A stretch of 64,000 nucleotides of DNA from the NCBI GenBank assembly GCA_964016885.1, contig OZ024741.1, positions 123,380,001 to 123,444,000 of the forward strand, in the 5' to 3' direction. The position numbers and the translations under genes are program-made. The stretch comes from Eledone cirrhosa. Lineage: Eukaryota. This document shows, piece by piece, positions 29,221-40,429 of this stretch (positions are counted from its first letter, which is position 1; every line of letters begins with the position of its first letter). The notes below the pieces were generated by a model. That model worked only from the letters and a program-made list of their open reading frames with translations, was not told the DNA's origin and did no database searches.

Positions 29221-29907
29221 GAATCATTTTCTCCTGCCTTGTCTATATGACATATATCAGTATTTTGTCAGAGATAAGAGAAGACCTATCGATAAAATTA
29301 CAATCATATTTCATCTGTCTCTTATACCTTGATAATTTATTATAATGAAAACTTAGAAGGAAATTTTAGTGGAAAAAAAAGCTAGTTACTTATTTTAAGT
29401 CACGTATTATTGTGCATTATGTAGGGAAATGGCAGAATCGTTAGAAGTTCGGATAGAACTGATGGTATTCATTATAGCTCTTTGCGCTCTAAATTCAAAT
29501 GTCACGTTGTCCGACTTTGTCTTTTATTCCTTTATGGTTAATATTTATAGTAGCCACTCTCTATTGGCGTCGAATCCCTCAGTCCATCTTGCAGAGGTCG
29601 ACTGGAGACAAACCTGTTTAAAATGTCCTAGGTACACCGTATCTCACGACAACGCTCCGATGACTTCATCAAAATTACGTGATCAATGATGATCCTACAG
29701 CACAGGATGCATTCGTGACGGAATATTGTGAAGTCCCAGGTTACATCCCGATACATTGGTCCATGGGCAAGTAACTTCCTTATAACCACAAGCCAATACA
29801 AATATTTGTGAAGGAAATTTAGTAGACGAAATTATATGGGAGCCTTTCGGACGGATTTCCTCTCCATGTAAAAGACCTGTCGTTATTTTAAGATTAAAAT
29901 TGTCATA

Positions 29908-30090
29908 ATTGTCTCTACTTTAGCACAAGGCCATCAATTATCTAGTGCATTACTGGTACTTTATTTTATCGACCCCGTAAGGATGAAAAGCAAAGTCAAC
30001 CTCGGCGGGATTTGAACTCAGACCGTAAAGGGACGTAACTATGCTGGAAAGCATGGCGTCCGACCCTCTACTGATACTGCCAATCCACCA
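29908..30090 (-). mobile_element. Nin-like SINE, near full length
   Basis: A-box-like TGGCAGTATCAG, B box GAGTTCAAATCC, Nin-like core. Confidence 0.85.
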
Positions 30091-30294
30091 ACATTCAGCC
30101 AGGTATAAATATATTCAAGAGTTAGATATTCAGTTGATCGTACGACTGAATCAACATCGTCGAAAGTAACATGGTAACCATAAAGTCAATAATTTCAGAT
30201 ATTTATGTATACAGTTATATATAGAGTATAAAGAGGACGAGCGGAGCAATCACTGCGAGTGCATCGTCATCTCCAGGTTTCCGGTGTTTCATTT

Positions 30295-30392
<98 letters not shown>

Positions 30393-30545
30393 ATACTTTG
30401 GGAGGGTCATGTTGCCAATAAGAAACACACGCACCATGACCCTCCCAAAGTATAACAATATCGGTTTCAACACACGATTTCAGATAAAGAATCTTGCTAA
30501 ACAAATTCAGAAACGAAATATATATATAAATATATGTATATAGAA

Positions 30546-30587
<42 letters not shown>

Positions 30588-30639
30588 TTCTATATACATA
30601 TATTTATATATATATATATAAAATGTATGTGTTTGTGTG

Positions 30640-30810
<171 letters not shown>

Positions 30811-30979
30811 TGAAAATTATAAAGCGTCAACGTATCTTTTCACTCCGAAATATAGTCTGACAAATTGGGCGGAAAAAATTTGACAGAGTCGGATTGATCT
30901 GGAAGAAAGAGCTATCCTCTAGAACTTCAAAGAAGGCATTTGTTATTGATCCAATTAACGTTTGGTAATTCGGTGACGA

Positions 30980-30984
30980 TGCGC

Positions 30985-31018
<34 letters not shown>

Positions 31019-31760
31019 CCAGCAACAGCAGCAGCAACATCAACAACAACAAACCTGTAATAATAATAATAATTATTATAACAATAATAAAAGTGTTGTT
31101 ATACGAACACACCTCATCAATTCTGTACCAGGCCGGTAGGTAAGGCATTCACTGCTCTTATCTGTGTGTCTAGCTTATATATCACATGTCATCTTTCATA
31201 ATCACGTGCCTCTTCCTCCCGCAATGACACTTCCAAGAATCCGTCATAAGTCCGAACAAATAAAATCCATCACAACCACCACAACATCAACAATCATCAT
31301 CATCAGTAACACCACCAGCGCCACCATCATCATTATCACCAGCATCAATATTATCATCACTAACAATATCATGATCCCCACCGTAACCATCACCAGTTCT
31401 AACACGAACAGCATCGCTGTCAGCCTCTCCTCCAGCATCATCACCACCATTACCTCAGCCACGAAACTCTCCTCCAATACTCCCGCCATCCACCTCCTCA
31501 CCACCACTACAACCATTATCGTCATTTTCAACATGAGCACAACATTTGGAAACTGACAACAACGCCATCTCAATAAAAACCATCCCCTCTGATACTGACA
31601 CTCCCATATATAACACAATGACGAGCACCAGCGCCACGACCTCCGGCACCACCTTTAATACAACCCGTATTACGATAGCCACCACTTCTACACCACCGCC
31701 GCTGATAATGCATTATATTCAACACGCCAACGACGACCACAACCACCACCACCATCACAA
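30980..31760 (+). repeat. (CAA)n and degenerate (CAY/ACC)n low-complexity tract
   Basis: Trinucleotide-biased sequence giving Thr/Ile-rich spurious ORFs. Confidence 0.8.
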
Positions 31761-32695
31761 CATCTTTACTTTTGTCTGGCAACCAAATATATATACTTTT
31801 GTGATATTTCATAAAACCTATCATTTATTATTTTAATTGAATTCATGTTATCTTTGAGAAAAAAATGAAGAAACTAAATATTAATAATAAATGGAGGAAT
31901 ATTTACATTGTGACAAAAACAAAATATAAAGACACCAACCAACAAGCATAGAAATACTTTATCAACACTCGATTATATAATATATCATAGAAGTTTTAAT
32001 AGTATATTTACGCTGTTACAGCCTATATGATTAATCTCTGTGTCATACATTAAAAATATAACATTGAATGTTATTTATTTGAAACTCGACTTGTTTTATT
32101 ATGTTTCATTAATACAATTATAAGAGAAAAATAAAAAGAGGTTGTATGGTATATTTCAGTTGCACCCCGGGAACAAAATCGGTGGAAACGATGTTGTAGA
32201 GAACAGTCAATGATACATATGGTGTCAGCTATTCCACCTCATGTGATTTCTGCTCAGCCTTGAAAACCTGGAATACTAGTTTGGCGAAAGATAATGGCAG
32301 CCAATACATGGCCCGAGGAAACTGGAGTCTCAATGACGACCGACATAAAAACGAATTGATTTCTCAATGCTTGGTATTTTCTCATATAACATTCTTATGC
32401 GAATACTGGAGCCGGGCTTTATGGAGAAATTGATGAGGACGACACCAGTGAAAGAGTAGAAAGATATAATGCCTCTGATGAAAACCTCCCACTGAAGAAG
32501 GGCTATATATTTGGGCGTCTAATCTCCCTATGGTCTATGCAAACATGCTCCAGTCGGCTTTCCTTTAATTATGTTATTCAGGACGTAGCGCCATCAACTG
32601 TGTTCCAGCAGAAGCTAAGGACGGGTAACTTGCGATGATGATGTCATCATTTCCGACTTTGGTCGTTATCAAGCTAATGCTCCCAGACACACGCG

Positions 32696-32729
<34 letters not shown>

Positions 32730-32746
<17 letters not shown>

Positions 32747-32768
32747 TATATATATGAATAAATATACA

Positions 32769-32834
<66 letters not shown>

Positions 32835-32921
32835 AAATCGAAACCCAGACATCCTTAGTGAATGCCATAAAGCCTCCAATAAGACATTCTAAAATCAGTG
32901 TCAATTTGAAATCTAAATACG

Positions 32922-32967
<46 letters not shown>

Positions 32968-32989
32968 TATATATATGAATAAATATACA

Positions 32990-33039
<50 letters not shown>

Positions 33040-33124
33040 AAATCCGAACCCAGACATCCTTAGTGAATGCCATAAAGCCTCCAATGAGACCTTTTAAAAT
33101 CAGTGTCAATTTGAAATCTAAATA

Positions 33125-33130
<6 letters not shown>
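32730..33130 (+). repeat. Tandem duplication of a TA-interrupted unit
   Basis: gaaatc.gaacccagacatccttagtgaatgccataaagcctcc...aaatctaaatac occurs at about 32833 and 33039. Confidence 0.85.
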
Positions 33131-33157
<27 letters not shown>

Positions 33158-33171
33158 CGGCGATGAATTTG

Positions 33172-33471
33172 CTTTGCGAGGTTTTTTATATGAAATCGTG
33201 TGTCGAAACAAGTATTGTTATATTTGGGGAGGGTCATATTTGTGTAATAATATTGCCAGAATTAATAACAGAACACACTCACTGTTTGGTTGGTTTTCGC
33301 TTCTGTGTCTTTTATATCGGTTAATTTAATTTATTCGGTCCTCAATGTTGCCATTGACTGACCAACGGTCAAACATACAGATATAATATAGACACAAACA
33401 CAAAGAACTTTGATTGACTATATAACAATATTTGTTTCGACACACGATTTGATATAAAAAACCTCGCAAAA

Positions 33472-33472
<1 letters not shown>
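33172..33472. mobile_element. MITE-like element with ~50-bp inverted ends; related pieces at 11256-11460, 30385-30500, 35025-35075 and 54915-54960
   Basis: tttgcgaggttttttatat.aaatcgtgtgtcgaaacaa.tattgttata and its reverse complement; all copies lie in or beside (TA)n. Confidence 0.6.
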
Positions 33473-33519
<47 letters not shown>

Positions 33520-33734
33520 TAAGTATGTATACGTACATACATATATGTATACAGACGTACGGTAGTATGTGTAAACATACATACATGCACACATATATAT
33601 ATATATGTACGTATGGTTTTACCGAACATTTATTATAATGCCGGGTTTGTTTGTAAACAAACAGCCCGAATTATTATTAGCCGTAGAGTGTTCGGTAACC
33701 ATCATTGCCATTTTGTTCAACACTGACAAAGGAA

Positions 33735-33775
33735 CGATGAACTAGTTTCTAGCTTATTAGCTGTCATCAGGACTG
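33735..33775 (-). ncRNA. Inverted copy of the same HHR (stem I mismatch next to the core)
   Basis: CAGUC-CUGAUGA-CAGCU aaua AGCUA-GAAA-CUAG-UU-CAUCG. Confidence 0.55.
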
Positions 33776-33877
33776 TATACCTTCCTGTCAGTTGATTGAA
33801 CGTTTGAAAGTATATACTTTCCTTATGCATATAAACGGCTGAGCAGCCTAATTTGCATATCGAGTGAGTTAGTCATA

Positions 33878-33918
33878 CAGTGCTGATGACAGCTAATGAG
33901 CTAGAAACTAGTTCATCG
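33878..33918 (+). ncRNA. Type I minimal HHR with palindromic CUAG loop III
   Basis: CAGUG-CUGAUGA-C AGCU aaug AGCU A-GAAA-CUAG-UU^-CAUCG. Confidence 0.7.
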
Positions 33919-34312
33919 TTCCTTTGTCAGTGTTGAACAAAATGGCAACGATGGTTGCCAAACACTCTACGGCTAATAATTCGAGTTGTTTATTTACAAA
34001 CCAACCGAGCCTTATAATAAATGTTCGGTATACCCATACGTACATATATGTATATATATGTGTGCATGTATGTATGTATATATATATATACTACTGTACG
34101 TATGTATACATATATGTATGTACGTATCCATACTTATATTTATGCATCAGCCGAACTAAGAGTGATAAATGACATTTCATTTTTTCCAGTTATCGTTTAC
34201 GGCACGCCCGGTCGACTAACTCACTCGATATGCAAATTAGGCTGCTCAGCCGTTAATATGCATAAGGAAAGTATATACTTTCAAACGTTCAAACAACTGA
34301 CAGGAAGGTATA

Positions 34313-34353
34313 CGGTGTTGATGACAGATAATAAGCTAGACACTAGTTCATCG
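34313..34353 (+). ncRNA. Decayed tandem copy of the HHR
   Basis: CGGUG-UUGAUGA-cagauaauaagcua-GACA-CUAG-UU-CAUCG; full 5-bp stem I but core substitutions. Confidence 0.5.
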
Positions 34354-34606
34354 TTCCTTTGTCAGTGTTGAACAAAATGGCAACGATGGTTACCGAACAC
34401 TCTACGGCTAATGATTCGGGCTGTTTGTTTACAAACAAAGCGAGCCTTATAATAAATGTTCGGTAAACCCATACGTATATATGTGTGCATGTATGTATGT
34501 ATATACATACTACTGTACGTCTGTATACATATATGTATGTACATAAACATACTTATATTTAAGTATCAGCCGTACTAAGAGTGAGAAATGAAATTTCATG
34601 TTTTCC

Positions 34607-34639
<33 letters not shown>

Positions 34640-34644
<5 letters not shown>

Positions 34645-34988
34645 CCAAGGATTTATTTGATTTGTTGATTATACAACAAACTCAATTTACACAGATTAGA
34701 AGCACTCAACGTATTATCCGAAGTATCATTACTATAAATAATATTAATATATGGAAAAAGCATATTTATTTTATTATACATATTTCAAAGGTACTAACTA
34801 ATATTTTAGTACGCCTTCGTGAACATCATGTGAACCTCATGTTATAAGTTCATTGAAGATAGATAGATCTATCTTCTATGAACTTATAATATGAAGTTCA
34901 CATGAAGAAATGTCACTAACCGTACACCAATTATTGCATTTTATTTGACGAAAGCGTACTAAAATATTAGTGCCCTTGAAAATACGTA

Positions 34989-34992
<4 letters not shown>
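34640..34992. mobile_element. Second member of the 12-kb palindromic HHR family, with decayed HHRs
   Basis: + strand UUGACGA-aagcguacua..uagugcccuu-GAAA at 34945-34981; minus-strand partial ACGA-aggcguacua..-GAAA-UAUGUAUA-AUAAAAUAAAUAUG; central palindrome at about 34827-34904. Confidence 0.65.
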
Positions 34993-35030
<38 letters not shown>

Positions 35031-35074
35031 ATATACTTTGGGGGGGTTGTGTTGCCAATAAGAAACACACGCAC

Positions 35075-37235
35075 CAGTTGCTTTCACTTCAATTTATCAT
35101 AGTAAATTTATAAATTTAGGAATTTATAAATTTCTGGTTGGTTGGTTGGTTCCACAACCAGATAGTTGTTTATATATTGTCAAAGTTCTTTCGTCACACA
35201 TTATGTGACCTCTTCAGTGACTGGGGATTCTTTTCTTTGTTTTTGTGCCTCTCCTTTGTTCTGTCCTACGCCATTTTGTTTCTCTGTGTGTGTTGTTTGC
35301 TCAGTCTGCGCATGAGCCACATCTGGGTGTCTGTGTGTGTTTATATTCGTTTATTTATTTGTTTATTTACATGTTACCGGTTGGTTGTTTGTTCTATGTG
35401 CGTGTGTGTTTTCATTTTGTCCTTAATTGTAAGTTGTGATGTTGCTGTTCCACTCACATTTTCTATTTAATTTTGGTTGTAATTCTTTTATGTTTATTGC
35501 CTCTGTGATTTGTCTAAACATTGCGTCTTTTCTGTGTGTAGATTCTATTTTTATTTCTATGTTCTACCCTTATGTTCTATTTTAGCATGTTGGTAGAGTA
35601 CATATGATTCATTACTATCTTGAAGGTCTCGCCAGTGTTCATTTATCCGTTTCCCTACACTACGAGCTGTCTCACCTATGTACACTATATTTTTATCTCT
35701 ACATTGTCATCTTATGATATATACTACATTTCTAGTTTTACAGTTAATATGGGGGCTTATTTTACAGGTTATACATGTCTTATCTATACAGAGTGGTCTT
35801 TGAAAAGTGTATGTCTTGCTAATAAGTGTTTTTACGGAGGTACCTGGTCTTTCTACTATCTTAATATTGAGTTTATATTTATCTAGGGCCCTTCTAAATT
35901 TGTAAGCTAATTCACCTCTAGGGGTTGTATCGATGAACATTACACTCTGGTATTTATTGCTATCATACCATGAGTTTATTCTATTAGCCTTATTCCTAGT
36001 TCTTTCTATTCTAGTTCTTTCTATTCCTAGTTCTTTCTATTCTATTCCAAAATGTGCTCCTATACAAGGGGCAGGTCCCATTTGTGTCATTATTTACCAT
36101 TTTTTCCCATTTGGTTCTGACTCCTCTATACACTCTGATTTATCTCTCTGATTGTAACCAGAGAACTGCATACGGTGGATGAAGTGTTGTATGTGTCTCT
36201 CTAGTTCTTCGGGGTTGCACATGTGGGACACGTTTCTCATCACCCGTACCAAATCCGCAATCAATATGTTGATTTTGGTATGGTCCGAAACAGCTGAGTT
36301 TCGGTGGATCAGATGTTTGGAAGTCTTGGGTTTGGCATAATGGGAATGGAGGATTTGTTTTTTGTTATTAATGGTATCTAACCAGAGCTCTGTGTCTAGT
36401 ACAGGTAATCGATGGTTGGGGTGTTTACTTGGGTAGTTTATAGTAACTCTAATACTCTGGTGGATGGAGTTAGCTATTTGCTGGATGCTTTCCATTGTGT
36501 TTTTCTCTAGTTCCTGACTGTTCTCTAGTGGGGGTGTCTTAACTACGATGTTTATATCATCAACGTAGCGGGAGTACATTATCAGGGTTAAGGGGTCTTC
36601 TAATTGTTCTTTAAGTTTAAGTTTAAGTCTATTGTCCCACCATACCATGAATATGTTAGCTATGTCGCCTGCAATGCTAACACCAATGGCTGCTCCTTCC
36701 TCTTAGGCATATGTTTTTCCATTAAATTTGAACATATGTTCCTTAAAAGTTAGTTTTATGCTGGCCCCTACCGCATGTGCAATCATTTTCTTCAGTTCAT
36801 CGTGGTTTTTGGGTGTCCGTATGGCTCTGGTCCACGCGTTCCATCTATCTGTGTGGGTATTCTTGGCCATTGAGGTAATGGTAGGTGGTATGCCTCTTGC
36901 TGGTCTTGTAGGGCACAGGTTGCTAAGGTCATATGTGTCTAGGTAATTATTACTATAGGTAAGTTTAAATAGGAGTCCCAGCTCACTGTATCAATCCCAC
37001 GGAACTCAACATTGCTCTCACTGATCATTTCTACGCATTTCTCCACAGCAAAATCCACGTCAATAGATGGATACAGGGACACAATATCCATACTACCTAT
37101 TAGGTCCCTAGATCGGTTACTCTCGCCGATTCTGCTGAGGAGGTCCTCCGTGCTGTCACATACGTCTGGGGACATTTCAATGATGGGGCGTATGATCAGG
37201 GAGAGGAAATAGGACAGTCTGTAGTTACTAGCTAT
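35075..37235 (-). mobile_element. Penelope-like element (Neptune-like), degenerate RT plus GIY-YIG endonuclease
   Basis: GSMDIVSLYPSI, IGVSIAGDIANIFM, SRYVDDI, LPVLDT; CxxxxCxxC...C; NVVYIIR..VYIGETARSVGKRINEH; RQITEAINI..LN. Confidence 0.85.
35179..35221 (-). ncRNA. Minimal HHR in the 3' end of the Neptune-like PLE
   Basis: GUCA-CUGAAGA-G-GUCACA uaaug UGUGAC-GAAA-GAAC-UU^-UGAC. Confidence 0.72.
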
Positions 37236-37580
37236 TAGCAATGTTAGCTCCCAAAGTATTTTGAGGTGAAACACTAATTTTCTGGATACCTGCCGAAGAG
37301 CACAGAAAAGGGAATTTTTCACTTATCGTTGCGAAACGAATTTGGATTTTGAAATTTAAATTTGTCTGCGGAACAGGTTTGGGTTTTGAAATCTAAATTT
37401 GTCCAGGTATCAAGGCTATTGCCAATACGCGTTTGTTTTTATTGATTTATTATTTTAAATCGAGACAGGCCAACTGTATTAATTTAATTAGTATTTTTCA
37501 ATCTAGCTAACTTGGTCATTTGCAATACAAACACTTATACAATTGTATTAGTGTTTATCATACATTAATTTATATTAATT

Positions 37581-37616
<36 letters not shown>

Positions 37617-37620
<4 letters not shown>

Positions 37621-37760
37621 AACAGGTATGACCCCGACTGCAGAGCTCAATCCGTTTCGACGGCTTTTTCTGGACCGTTCCTATTACCCACTCTACTACC
37701 CTAAATATTGAGTACTTTGGTGCGTTATGGTCCATCTGGTTTCTTACCACAATTCCTTCG

Positions 37761-37762
<2 letters not shown>
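37617..37762. mobile_element. Short inverted-arm element of the family also at 57172-57364 and 11471-11530
   Basis: taggaac...gaccccgac..gagctcaa.ccgtttcgacggct followed by gttcctattacccactctactacc...ttccttcgtta; in (TA)n. Confidence 0.75.
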
Positions 37763-37830
<68 letters not shown>

Positions 37831-38704
37831 CGAGGGGGGGGGAGACAGAAAGTGAGAGATAGATAGATATACCACTAATCTATCTACCACTCTCTATATC
37901 CCACCACATACCTCACACTCTCTCTCTTAATTCCCCCTCTCTCTCTAGACGGTTAATCTATGTCCTCTCTATATCGCATTACTTACCTCACTCTGTCTCA
38001 CAATTCCCCCTCTCTCACTAGATCATCAAATTATGTCTGCCTCTCTATACCCGACTACAATAGTTTTTTTACTTTGAAACAACAAATGTCTTCACCTTCT
38101 GTAAAGAACAACAAAGTTATCCATCCCTCCTCCCATCCTTTTCACCCCTTGCGTGTGGGGGATATCTTTCTGTTTTTTCGTGGTCTGCTTTTGTTGAATT
38201 ATTTTACAGGAGTTTATAATAAGTTGTGGTAGAGGGTGGTGATAGTGTTAGGGTTTTGGTAGTAATGTGGTGGTGGTGGTGATAGTGGTGGCGTAGATGG
38301 TGGTGTTGTAGAGGGTGGTGTTGTTGGTGTTATTTCTTAATTTTGAATCTATCTATCTATCTATATACTACTAAATCTCTGTGATTGTGTGCTTGTGTGT
38401 AATTTAATAAAGCCAAAACGACGCATATAGGGAAAATACTTTGAAAGGAAGTTGCCCCTGAAAGGGGAATACAAATGGAATAAAACAAGTTTAGCGTAAA
38501 TCGGACTCGGGTTCCCTTAGATACGGGGCTTTTCTGTGTACCTTCATCAATAGAGAGAGAGAGAGTGAGAGATACAGAGAAAGAGATAGTAGTTGTGAGA
38601 GAGTAGATTGAAAGAGAGACATAGAGAGGGAGAGAGTGAGAATGAGACAGAGAAAGAAAATGAAAGAGAGGGCGAGAGAGAGAGAAGAGACAGAGAGAGA
38701 GAGA

Positions 38705-38736
<32 letters not shown>

Positions 38737-39510
38737 GGCTTGTGGTGTTGTTGAATGAAATTATAACAGGTGACTTCAAAGAGTCGAATACAGCGTTACT
38801 GTATCTAACTAGAATGTGGTGACTTATATGTATCATATAACTTGTGTTAGGACAGTATGTGTGTAGCGAATATTTCCTGCCAAATAGGAAGGGTATCTAA
38901 GTGTTTGTATATATGTGTGTGTGACTGTGACCAGTGTATATAAGATCACAGACACCCACATATATATATATATATGGGGTGTCTGTGGATATGTGTGTGT
39001 ATGAATGTGTGTGTGTATATGTGTGTGAATGTGTGTGTATGTATGTGTGTGTGTGCGTGTCATTGCTTGTGTGTGTATAAATATATCACTATATATTACG
39101 CATAGTTATATAAACAATGATCATAAATTCTAAAATAGAGATGTACACTTTAATAGCTTGCACATTCATATTTTTCTTGTACCATCTACGTCATATGTGG
39201 CAACTAATATAGCAATTTTAATAGATCAATGTTAATAGGTACAGTGGATTACCAATTCGTAATAATAAACTATAGGTGAATGTCATCCGAACAATTGTCT
39301 GTATAAGACCATAAACATAACAAATGTTTATATAAATATGAATAATATTTATTTTAATCATACAGGCCACAATTACACATATGACCATGCACACACACAC
39401 ACTCACTGACACACACACACACACACACACATACATACACACAGACCACACACACTCACACACATATATATATATATATACATATAAATATGCATATATA
39501 TATTTGTTTG

Positions 39511-39541
<31 letters not shown>

Positions 39542-40310
39542 GTATATATATATATATATATGTGTATCTATATATGTATACATATTTATGTATACATATT
39601 TATAAATATTATTGTCTGACAATGTATGTCAATATGTCCTTCCTTCTTTATAGCTTTCGATCATGATATTGACTGTGTAATGAACATAAACCTATTGATT
39701 AACCATAATAAACTATTGCGAATATGATGTCAGTGATGATTATTATTGTGAAGAAATTGATGGCGATGATAGTTTGTTCGGGGGCGCTGATGAGTTTTGT
39801 TGCGTTAATTGGAGTGATGATAATATTTATGATGATTATGATATTGAAAATACCACAAATACTAAGAGGTTAGTTTCAACAAATAGACATTGAAACACAA
39901 TTTGGTTTATTGTAAATGATTGCATATTGTGCACTACACATATACTCAGTGAATTACACTAGTTTGAAGATCAATGTTGAGACTCGACAGACAGTAAATG
40001 ATCAAATAATTAGCATATTTGCTGTACATATACAAATCTGGCAGAAAAAAAAAGAGAAATAAGAAGTCAACAAATTATGGGATCAATTGCTCCACAGCCA
40101 CTCCAGAAAATTCAATATACTTTACGGAATGAGTTCTCTTCAGAAATGAGTGCTTTTAGGAACATAATATATACTTTGAAAAACGTTGTGTATGAGAGAA
40201 GAACCAGTCGTTCTTCATATCATAAGCTTATATGAAGCATGATGTGGAGTCCTACAGAACCAGAAGTAACACCCAAAGCTTTAAAAATTAAATAATAATA
40301 ATAATAATAA

Positions 40311-40414
40311 TAATTGTTTCTACTTTAGGCACAAGGCCAGCAAATTACCCAGTGCATTACTGGTACTTTATTTTATCGACCCCGTAAGGATGAAAGGCAA
40401 AGTTAACCTCGGCG
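40311..40414 (-). mobile_element. Nin-like SINE, 5'-truncated, with (ATT)n tail
   Basis: Same core as the other copies. Confidence 0.8.
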
Positions 40415-40429
40415 GATAATAATGATAAT

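Larger units (their letters stand above)
33518..34610 (+). mobile_element. Non-coding HHR element: ~1.7 tandem copies of a 435-nt unit plus an inverted 5' arm (retrozyme-like)
   Basis: HHR copies at 33878 and 34313 on +, inverted copy at 33735; 33518-33874 is the reverse complement of about 34212-34560; (TA)n on both sides. Confidence 0.8.

Noticed and set aside
32470-32560. Two adjacent CTGANGA motifs
   Set aside because: No GAAA in the correct context; the GC-richer 32150-32700 segment could not be assigned
35707-35709. In-frame TGA near a Cys position in the PLE GIY-YIG domain (possible selenocysteine)
   Set aside because: The element has other stops and frameshifts and I saw no SECIS-like hairpin; the two Naiad-type elements use ordinary Cys codons in the motifs checked
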